Translations under genes and position numbers: made by a program
Shown here: piece after piece, positions 18,105 to 25,266 of the stretch
Numbering within the stretch: position 1 is the first letter of the stretch
How the letters are laid out: every line of letters begins with the position of its first letter
Assembly (NCBI GenBank): GCA_052389415.1
Contig: JBQTHX010000007.1
Location: 1 to 31,017, forward strand
DNA length: 31,017 bases
Reading direction: 5' to 3'
Source of the DNA: Nitrosopumilaceae archaeon
GTDB taxonomy: Archaea; Thermoproteota; Nitrososphaeria; Nitrososphaerales; Nitrosopumilaceae
The notes under the pieces: model-generated
Databases searched by the model: none
What the model saw: only the letters and a program-made list of their open reading frames with translations
What the model was told of the DNA's origin: nothing

Positions 18105-18866
18105 AACAGCTGCTTTTTCAGCAAGTAAATCTTCTAGCGGAGATTCTGAAATTATAGATTCTAATTGTTTTTTTGAAATTTTAAATGTTGATTTTAAAAA
18201 AAACGAGTTTTTTAAAGAGAAGAATTTTGTTTTTAAATGATCTCTTACCTCAAAGAACAGTCTATCTATTGATCGTCTGTTGCCAATAACAATAATAACA
18301 AAATCTTGTTTTGGTTCTAGTCCTATCTTTTTTATTGCTTCACTAATCTGTTTTGTGCACGCAAATCGCATTAGGATATCTGTTTCAATTTCTTTTGAGA
18401 GCATCATGCGATCTTTTTGTGCAGTAATAGATACTGTGATAATTTTTTTTGCGTGATTCAAGCTTAGGATATAGTCTGATTTTATTCCTTGAATCACTAG
18501 ATCTGGATATTTTTTGCGCAAATTTTCAAGAAAAACCATAGGATTATCAATTGTGGTCATTCCAAGCAGCTCTACGTTTTTATTAAAAATCTTAAACTCC
18601 ATCCTTTGAGCTCCACCATGTATTATGGGAATAATGCTTACAATATCTCCGTCTTTGAGTTTTGTTTGAAAACCATCAAGGGTTGAAGAATCCATTCCAT
18701 TAATGGCAACTAGTATATTTTTGGTATCTAAACCGCTTGTGTTTTGCGGTAATTTTTTTTGAATAAAGTCTAAAAGTTCAGATAGGGTGGAGTCATATTT
18801 TTCAAATTCTAATTTATCTGTGCCAAGAGCTTTTTTTGCTCCACCAAGTAGCTTAATCGTAATCAT
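18093..18866 (-). CDS. cgi121: fusion of MoaD/ThiS/Urm1-like ubiquitin-like domain and KEOPS subunit Cgi121
   Basis: Residues 1-85 are a beta-grasp domain ending ILVAING...LKDGDIVSIIPIIHGG; the C-terminal part has Cgi121 features (SKEIETDILMRFACTKQISEAIKKIG; LLAEKAA). Confidence 0.88.
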   Translation of the reverse strand: MITIKLLGGAKKALGTDKLEFEKYDSTLSELLDFIQKKLPQNTSGLDTKNILVAINGMDSSTLDGFQTKLKDGDIVSIIPIIHGGAQRMEFKIFNKNVELLGMTTIDNPMVFLENLRKKYPDLVIQGIKSDYILSLNHAKKIITVSITAQKDRMMLSKEIETDILMRFACTKQISEAIKKIGLEPKQDFVIIVIGNRRSIDRLFFEVRDHLKTKFFSLKNSFFLKSTFKISKKQLESIISESPLEDLLAEKAAVLFR

Positions 18867-18921
18867 ATTTTCGTAGATAAATTATTGCCTATATTGAATT
18901 TTATTTAGGTTAAGAACAGCC

Positions 18922-19182
18922 TTAGGAAAGTATTCCTTCTTCTAATTTCTCGGCTTCATTGTCGGATCTGGTCTCTTGCATTGCCTGAGCCTCTTTTTCT
19001 TTTTGTTCCTCTATTTCGCGTTTGATAAAGGTAGTTATGTAACCTGCAATTTCATTTTTGAGACCTTTGGATCTAACTATTGCAACGTCATCGAGGGCTT
19101 TTTTGTTTTCCACAAAATCAGTGCCAAATCTATCTTTGTGCAAATCCATAACTTCTATCGAGATTCGTTTAATTCGGTTCAC
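18922..19182 (-). CDS. rps17e: 30S ribosomal protein S17e
   Basis: F..DF..NKK, SK.LKNEIAGYIT; GTG start. Confidence 0.93.
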   Translation of the reverse strand: MNRIKRISIEVMDLHKDRFGTDFVENKKALDDVAIVRSKGLKNEIAGYITTFIKREIEEQKEKEAQAMQETRSDNEAEKLEEGILS

Positions 19183-19212
19183 GTCTTCGATTAGATTAAG
19201 GGTTTTTTATAC

Positions 19213-19968
19213 CTATACACCTAGATAGCGATTTGAATTTTGTTCAATCTCATATGAAATATCATTATATGTTTTTTTCAAGATTTTAGCAGCACAAAAT
19301 ACAACACTAGGTAGAAAAGTGATTTGTGCAGTTTTCATACCAAAACACCGTGAAAATCGGACAGGACCATCTGTTTCTACAAGTATTTTGTCTCTATTTG
19401 TTTCTAAAAGCAAAACTTGTTTATCTTTTGCATATATCATTGCAGGACCATAAGAAGCATAACATCCAAGGTCCATTGCATCTTTTAGTTGTTTTTTGCT
19501 ACCAGCAAACCAATGTAAAAGCACACCCGGAATTGAATATGAAGGCAGTATAGAAAGAATTTCTTGCAGTGTAGAACGTGAGTGGATGGAAACGGGTTTA
19601 TGCAATTTTTCAGCCAATGAAAGCATTTTGTGAAATACGATTTCCTGTCTTTTGAAATCTTCATGGTTTGAAATATATGTTTTGTCAAGACCAATTTCGC
19701 CTATTCCAGAGATCTGACTAGAATTTTTTTCTATTAATTCGACAACTGGTTCTAAATCATCATTGGCTTTTTCTGGATGAATGCCAACAAACGGGAATAC
19801 AAGTTTGGTTCTTTTACCAAGATCAAGAGTTTTTTCTGAAGAATGAAGATCCATCGATACGCAACATGCACGGATCTTGATCTTTTCCATGCTGGTAATA
19901 ATGAACGGAATGTCTTGCGAATATTCCTCATCAGAAAGATGTATGTGTGCATCCATAAGCCAGCTCAT
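19213..19968 (-). CDS. tatD: TatD family hydrolase/DNase
   Basis: DAHIH, GIHP, IGEIGLD, SIHSR, HWF.G, ETDGP. Confidence 0.93.
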   Translation of the reverse strand: MSWLMDAHIHLSDEEYSQDIPFIITSMEKIKIRACCVSMDLHSSEKTLDLGKRTKLVFPFVGIHPEKANDDLEPVVELIEKNSSQISGIGEIGLDKTYISNHEDFKRQEIVFHKMLSLAEKLHKPVSIHSRSTLQEILSILPSYSIPGVLLHWFAGSKKQLKDAMDLGCYASYGPAMIYAKDKQVLLLETNRDKILVETDGPVRFSRCFGMKTAQITFLPSVVFCAAKILKKTYNDISYEIEQNSNRYLGV

Positions 19969-20071
19969 GGGATCTCTTTTATGATCTCCTTAAAATAGTC
20001 TGTAGAAATCGATTTGAGCGTGGGTTTTTTTCCACTCGAAGTCTTTTATCAAGGGCAAGAAATGTTACTTT

Positions 20072-20293
20072 ATGGCATCCTCTGAGTTTGGTCTTTCTGC
20101 AATGTATCGTATTTTAAAAAAATCTGGTGCGGAAAGAGTAAGCGATGAGTCTGCTGACGAATTAAGAAGAATTTTAGAAGAGATAGGTACAGCCATCGCA
20201 AAGAGTGCAGTAGATATGTCAACACACGCAGGAAGAAAGACCGTCAAGGCAGATGACGTCAGATTGGCAGCAAAACCATTTGCAAAATTCTAA
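20072..20293 (+). CDS. archaeal histone (HMf-like)
   Basis: RILKKSGAERVS...HAGRKTVKADDVRLA histone-fold signature. Confidence 0.95.
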   Translation: MASSEFGLSAMYRILKKSGAERVSDESADELRRILEEIGTAIAKSAVDMSTHAGRKTVKADDVRLAAKPFAKF

Positions 20294-20334
20294 CCTAAAA
20301 GATTTAATTGTTCATCAAGAGCTTTTTTGGCTAC

Positions 20335-20406
20335 GGTGAGGTGGCAGAGTGGCTATGCGTTCGCCTGCAGAGCGAATCTATAGGGGTTCGAATCCCTTCC
20401 TCACCT
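20335..20406 (+). tRNA. tRNA-Cys(GCA)
   Basis: Acceptor stem GGTGAGG/CCTCACC plus discriminator T; anticodon arm TTCGC-CTGCAGA-GCGAA; T loop GTTCGAATC; no intron, no encoded CCA. Confidence 0.96.
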
Positions 20407-20462
20407 TTAATTATAATATAATAACCAGCCTTTCTAAATGGACGATTTTCCTATCACCATAG

Positions 20463-22214
20463 TTGACAGAGAGAAGCAATGGTTTACTGGAATACATACC
20501 TGGCGCGCGCCCAATTTTATTAAGTCAAAACGGGCAACCATTAGAAGGATTTGTACAAAACATTCGTAATAGCATTAGAGAATATGCTGAGGATGCTTCA
20601 AGCGAAGTAGAGAAAGGGAATAATTTTTTGCAATGGGTCCTTACCAGAGTTTTTGAAGCAACAGAAGACGATGCTACAGATGCAATAGTAGATGGTGCTA
20701 ATGATTTAGGAATAGATGCCTACCTTCCAGTTGATTTTTCTGAAGGTACTGTACGATTGTTTCAATCAAAATATGGTTCGTCGCATTCCATTGAAGCGAT
20801 TGTTAAATTCAAGGAAGATGTAAAAAACCTTCAAATTCGAGACATTACTAAAATGCGCCCTGAACTTGCACATCTTGTTACCCAGATACGTGAGAAGAAC
20901 CTAAAGATAGAATGTGTTTATGTGACAGATCAAGAGGTCGAATATCAAAACAGCGAATCACTTGAAATTTGTGATATTGATTCAATTGTTCAAAAACTCT
21001 GGGATAGAATAAAAAAACCAGCTGCAGGAAAAAAGGCATCTATCAAGTTAGAAAGTAAGCTAAAATATCATAACACAATACTAGGTATTTTGAAGTTAAG
21101 AGAACTAACAACTTTTGTTACCAAAAATAGAGATTATGTCTTTGAATCAAACATTAGACAATGGATGCAGTTTAAGACCACAGTGAACAAGGGAATTCGA
21201 GAAACGCTTCAAGAATCTCCTGACAAATTCTTCTATTATAACAACGGGATAACCATTGTTGTAAGTGACTTTGAAGAACTTGAGGATAATTCGTTGATTT
21301 TGCATGCACCGCAGATCGTTAATGGAGCACAGACGTCAAACTCTATCTTAGATCATGCAAAGAGAACACACAATCTAGATGGCAGTATTACTGTCACAAT
21401 CATCAAAGCAGCAGATGAACGTGATCAAAACAATATAACAAAATATAGAAATTCACAAAACGCAGTACGGGGTAAAGATCTTGTCTCTTTGATGGATTTT
21501 CACAAATCTATAAAATCTCAGATGGAAAACTTTGGCTATTTTTATGAAATTCAGGCTGGCTCCTTTGACAGCAAGACAAAATCCCAACAAAGTGAGTTTA
21601 TTGGAGATGCAATATACAACAAATATCTTCCAGAAAATCACAAAAAAGTGATTGTTGCCAAAGACGCAATTCAAGCACTTGTAGCTGGGATTGAACAAAG
21701 ACCCACTGAATCATATAGCTCCCCAGCACAGTTTCTTCCACGAGGGAGTAAATATGATGAGGTCTTCAATGAAACACTCAAGGACGATTGTAGGCTTCTC
21801 TTGTACCCATATCTTGTAAAGGAATACGCAAAAAAAATTCTAAATTATGGCAAGAAGGGCGGTCATAAAACAAAAAGATATGGTACATTATTTTTTGTTG
21901 CCACATACTTTAAAATCTTACATGAGAAGATCTTATCAACAAAGTCTGATTTTAAAGAAGACATCTCAAAGCTAGAACCCATCTTTAAGAGTGTTAAGCT
22001 AAACCATAGAATTTTGAAATTAACTGACACAATTGTTACAAAATTCTTGGAAGACACTGTAGTAGATGATGAAATGGATGCGGCAAATACTTATCACAAT
22101 TTCTTTTCACACAATGTTTGGCAAGATTCCATGATACGAGTTATCGAAAAGAAAATAAAACAAGAAGAAGACGAAATTAATTCTATTAAAAAAATAGTTC
22201 AAGATCTTTTCTAA
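20463..22214 (+). CDS. AIPR-family protein (abortive infection phage resistance family) with N-terminal Mrr/PD-(D/E)xK-like domain
   Basis: DGANDLGIDA...LFQSKY N-terminal motif; AIPR core FESNIR, VNKGI.ETL, FFYYNNGITIV, QIVNGAQT, I.KYRNSQN.V...DL. Confidence 0.9.
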   Translation: MTERSNGLLEYIPGARPILLSQNGQPLEGFVQNIRNSIREYAEDASSEVEKGNNFLQWVLTRVFEATEDDATDAIVDGANDLGIDAYLPVDFSEGTVRLFQSKYGSSHSIEAIVKFKEDVKNLQIRDITKMRPELAHLVTQIREKNLKIECVYVTDQEVEYQNSESLEICDIDSIVQKLWDRIKKPAAGKKASIKLESKLKYHNTILGILKLRELTTFVTKNRDYVFESNIRQWMQFKTTVNKGIRETLQESPDKFFYYNNGITIVVSDFEELEDNSLILHAPQIVNGAQTSNSILDHAKRTHNLDGSITVTIIKAADERDQNNITKYRNSQNAVRGKDLVSLMDFHKSIKSQMENFGYFYEIQAGSFDSKTKSQQSEFIGDAIYNKYLPENHKKVIVAKDAIQALVAGIEQRPTESYSSPAQFLPRGSKYDEVFNETLKDDCRLLLYPYLVKEYAKKILNYGKKGGHKTKRYGTLFFVATYFKILHEKILSTKSDFKEDISKLEPIFKSVKLNHRILKLTDTIVTKFLEDTVVDDEMDAANTYHNFFSHNVWQDSMIRVIEKKIKQEEDEINSIKKIVQDLF

Positions 22215-22226
22215 ATTTGTTTATAC

Positions 22227-22295
22227 AAAAAGCGGCAGATGGGTGACCGATAGGTCTCTTGCAGGAGGTCCGCATCTAGCCATCCAGTCTACCGC
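22227..22295 (-). ncRNA. putative ~65-70 nt hairpin ncRNA
   Basis: 39/64 GC in an AT-rich intergenic region; long imperfect stem with four G-U pairs only on the minus strand; TTAAATA 24-30 nt upstream; T5 tract directly after the stem. Confidence 0.6.
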
Positions 22296-22363
22296 AAGAT
22301 TATTCGTATATGAAGTACTATTTAACATGATTTTTATAACGAAAATATTGGAACTGAATCAAA

Positions 22364-22528
22364 TTGGAAACTGATAATGAAAAATGTTCCATCTGCAATA
22401 AAACAATTGTAGAACACAAGTATTATCCAATGGATTCTTGGAATATTAATGGAGTTTTGTGTGGGACATGCTATTCCAAAAAGATTTCAGAATTTTATCC
22501 AGGCACACATGAAAGAACAGGACCTTAG
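22364..22528 (+). CDS. 54-aa CxxC...CxxC zinc-finger microprotein; not in ORF track
   Basis: TTG start: METDNEKCSICNKTIVEHKYYPMDSWNINGVLCGTCYSKKISEFYPGTHERTGP*; TTTATAA at 22333-22339; stop overlaps the stop of the convergent gene. Confidence 0.8.
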   Translation: METDNEKCSICNKTIVEHKYYPMDSWNINGVLCGTCYSKKISEFYPGTHERTGP

Positions 22529-23088
22529 TGTTCTAGAATCCATCCAGTTTCAATTTTATCTGTATCCAATTTTTCGCCAATACCAGTAGCATATCTCCAG
22601 ATAAAGGGGGCTTTTGTTTGCATTTTGACCTTTATTTTAGAAAGCGATTCTAATTCTTGATTTACGTTTGTAACAGAAGTTGCACAATTTTCACAAAACT
22701 TGCATTTGTTATCAAGTGTCACTGGTGAGGAATCAATCACTGGATAAGCCCTACACGCTAGAGGTCTATTTTTGTAAATTTTACAATTATAACCACCATG
22801 AGGTGACCTTTCCGTACTTTCAGTATCTAAAAATGGGCATGTGTTACCATTTGATTCTTTACCCATTAATTGATATGCAAGTATCTCAGTTGGTACATCA
22901 GATTTTTCATATGAAATGCCAATACGCGGTAGTATTACTATATCAAGGCGAAGATTTTTTGCATGATCTTCGATGATTTCTTTTTCTTCTGGAAGAATTA
23001 GAACTCCTACTTTACCAAACTTTTTTGTTGGATAATATTCTCGTTCTATGCAGCATTTTGAACAATCCTGTACGCAATTAAAATCCAT
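22525..23088 (-). CDS. YkgJ-family cysteine-cluster protein (CxxxCxxCC)
   Basis: FNCVQDCSKCC, CPFL, CKIY.NRPLACRAYP, CKFC. Confidence 0.88.
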   Translation of the reverse strand: MDFNCVQDCSKCCIEREYYPTKKFGKVGVLILPEEKEIIEDHAKNLRLDIVILPRIGISYEKSDVPTEILAYQLMGKESNGNTCPFLDTESTERSPHGGYNCKIYKNRPLACRAYPVIDSSPVTLDNKCKFCENCATSVTNVNQELESLSKIKVKMQTKAPFIWRYATGIGEKLDTDKIETGWILEH

Positions 23089-23122
23089 TGTTTAATTTTC
23101 CAGTTGTAAAATAAAACCCATT

Positions 23123-23605
23123 CTATGTTGTCCCAAATTTATTTTGATGTAGACAGCTCCAAGCTAACGAGTCATCTTTTGCTTCATTTTCTTGTAAAAA
23201 TTTTATGTCAGTTACTATTTTTTTCTTTTTAAAAAGTGCTACAGGCGATTCATCATTTTCTTTGTAGATTCCCATCCTTAGGTAGGCTTGTCCTTCGTGT
23301 CCTTTTTTAAATCGTTCATAGTGTTCGGATTTTTTTAAAACTTTGAAAAATGATTTATTTGATTCTGGAAAGGGAGAATCTGCACCCATTACAAACCAGT
23401 AACTGTCATTTACTTCTACAAATCTCATCTTTATGGATGGATCAGGCCACCATTTTATCACATCCTCCCAAATTCGGATGGCTTGTTTTTTGTCTGAAAA
23501 TATAGGAAACACATTCATTCTTAAATCGAAAAACCGATATCCTACTCCAAGAAAGTTATCAGTCCATTGGAATACATCTTGGTTAGGCACTGCAAACAAA
23601 GGCAA
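23123..23605 (-). CDS. hypothetical protein
   Basis: Protein-like ORF; start shortened to TTG 23605 (GTG 23590 also possible) to avoid head-to-head overlap with the HTH gene. Confidence 0.68.
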   Translation of the reverse strand: MPLFAVPNQDVFQWTDNFLGVGYRFFDLRMNVFPIFSDKKQAIRIWEDVIKWWPDPSIKMRFVEVNDSYWFVMGADSPFPESNKSFFKVLKKSEHYERFKKGHEGQAYLRMGIYKENDESPVALFKKKKIVTDIKFLQENEAKDDSLAWSCLHQNKFGTT

Positions 23606-23670
23606 AGAAGATCGATATTTATCTGATATGAGTAATACCCATATATTACCTCTGGATAGTGTTCCTAGAT

Positions 23671-23952
23671 ATGGTAGCCTATAGAACAAGTATGCAAATA
23701 GTAAGTGACCTACTTACGGTTACCGAACAAAGTGGGATAAATGGCATCAATGTAACCTCACTTTTGACAAAGGCAAATCTATCACATTCAAGACTAGGCA
23801 AGTTTCTAAATAATCTGACTGGGGCTGGTCTTATTAACAGAATAGAATTTGATGGAAAGAATGTTTTTGTCATTACTTCAAAGGGTAGACAATATCTGGA
23901 ATCATATAAAAACTTCCAGAATCTTGCAGATACCTTCGGTCTAGACCTCTAG
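23671..23952 (+). CDS. winged-HTH transcriptional regulator (HTH_45-like)
   Basis: MVAYRTSMQIVSDLL...VTSLLTKANLSHSRL...F.IT.KGRQYLESY; ATATATTA 23-30 nt upstream of ATG 23671. Confidence 0.87.
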   Translation: MVAYRTSMQIVSDLLTVTEQSGINGINVTSLLTKANLSHSRLGKFLNNLTGAGLINRIEFDGKNVFVITSKGRQYLESYKNFQNLADTFGLDL

Positions 23953-24114
23953 TCACTTGGATCTTCTTTCTTTTCGTTTCTGCCTGGCGTCATAAAATAT
24001 TAGAATTATCGCTCCACCAAGCAAAATGTAAAAGATCGTGATCCGGTCTCCTACTAGTGCAATTCCCATTCCTGCTATCAAAAAGATCAAGATAATCTTC
24101 ATGTATTTCTCCAT
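23953..24114 (-). CDS. 53-aa two-TM membrane microprotein with basic tail
   Basis: MEKYMKIILIFLIAGMGIALVGDRITIFYILLGGAIILIFYDARQKRKERRSK; start shortened to ATG 24114, with a TATA-like GATATATT 22-29 nt upstream. Confidence 0.68.
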   Translation of the reverse strand: MEKYMKIILIFLIAGMGIALVGDRITIFYILLGGAIILIFYDARQKRKERRSK

Positions 24115-24175
24115 GCAAGAATAGAATTTCAAAACAATATATCCTTTTGATATAAAAGGTGCTAGTAGGACGATA

Positions 24176-24349
24176 ATGAATACAAAATTACTTGAAATTA
24201 TTGGCCTTGCACTCATAGGCCTAATGATCTATGCTCTGTTTGGAGGTGGAAAAGATGGTCCGTTATGGTCACTGTTTTGGCCATGTGCAGCTGGAGTTGT
24301 TGCAATCAATGTATATCGTGCAAAAAAGAAAAAAAGTGCAAATAAATAA
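24176..24349 (+). CDS. 57-aa two-TM membrane microprotein with basic tail; not in ORF track
   Basis: MNTKLLEIIGLALIGLMIYALFGGGKDGPLWSLFWPCAAGVVAINVYRAKKKKSANK*; GATATAAA at 24149-24156; T-tract after the stop. Confidence 0.7.
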   Translation: MNTKLLEIIGLALIGLMIYALFGGGKDGPLWSLFWPCAAGVVAINVYRAKKKKSANK

Positions 24350-24480
24350 TTTTTTGAATAAATTTTTGTAATTTATGATTCTGTCCTAATCAAAATGATC
24401 TTTTTATTTAAAAAAGCAATTAGAATAAAGGTGATCGACAGATCTATAAAGGCGTACTTCATCGTTAGTGAGAGAGAAAG

Positions 24481-24576
24481 ATGAGTAAGGATTTCAGATG
24501 GTGGAGTGGTTTAGGAAAAGAATTAGAAATAGATCTTGAAAGTCAAGACGGTTTTAACGATGATGTTTCATCATAG
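24481..24576 (+). CDS. possible 31-aa microprotein upstream of dps
   Basis: MSKDFRWWSGLGKELEIDLESQDGFNDDVSS*; TATAAA at 24445-24450 and purine-rich GAGAGAGAAAG directly before the ATG. Confidence 0.42.
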   Translation: MSKDFRWWSGLGKELEIDLESQDGFNDDVSS

Positions 24577-24654
24577 ATTCTTTGTGTTTTAATTATAGAC
24601 ATCAGATATCTTTAAATTGAATCATGAGATGGGTTTTAGAAAGAGAAGGATAAG

Positions 24655-25236
24655 ATGACAAAAAAAATAGATGTTGTTGGGATAAATGTATTAAAACAAA
24701 ATGGTGCAAAAGTGGATGAAATCACTAAATTACTAATCTATAATGCATCAGTTGAGTTTACAGCGTATTATTACTTTACACTGCTCAGAGCTCATTGCAC
24801 AGGCATGGAAGGTGAAGGAATAAAGGGTGTAATTGAAGACGCGAGGCTGGAAGATCTTAGCCATTTTGAATCATGTATAGAAAGAATCTATCAACTTGGT
24901 GGAACTCTTCCCATAAACGCAACTGATTTTATCAAAATGTCAGGTTGCGAATTCTTGCAATTACCGCGAAGTCGAACTGATTTGAAGGCAATTCTAGAAA
25001 AGTGTCTAAAAGCGGAACAAGGAGCAATTGTCAACTGGAATAAAATGTGCAATCTAACTCTAGGAAAAGATCCAACAACTTATGATATTGCAAAGGATAT
25101 TCTTGCAGAAGAGATTGAGCATGAAGCCTGGTTCCTTGAGTTGTTATATGGCAGACCATCAGGACATATGAGAAGGAAGTATTCTGGTGAAAGACCTCAT
25201 ACTCGAAAGCATTCTAGATCATTAGATCATCTGTAA
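24655..25236 (+). CDS. dps: DPS-like (DpsL) ferritin-superfamily antioxidant protein
   Basis: EFTAYYYFT.LR, GMEGEG.K...EDARLED..HFE, RIY.LGG, GKDP.TYD.A..IL.EEIEHEAWFLELLYGRPSGH, as in Sulfolobus/Pyrococcus DpsL. Confidence 0.93.
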   Translation: MTKKIDVVGINVLKQNGAKVDEITKLLIYNASVEFTAYYYFTLLRAHCTGMEGEGIKGVIEDARLEDLSHFESCIERIYQLGGTLPINATDFIKMSGCEFLQLPRSRTDLKAILEKCLKAEQGAIVNWNKMCNLTLGKDPTTYDIAKDILAEEIEHEAWFLELLYGRPSGHMRRKYSGERPHTRKHSRSLDHL

Positions 25237-25266
25237 GCACTAGAAAATATTTAATTTTAGAAATTA

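Noticed and set aside
22232-22295. Hairpin as a plain terminator, H/ACA or C/D guide, or SRP fragment
   Set aside because: No T-tract on the AIPR strand and wobble pairs favour the other strand; no large pocket with ACA box, no C/D boxes, no SRP helix-8 motif. A 3'-end role for AIPR mRNA is not fully excluded
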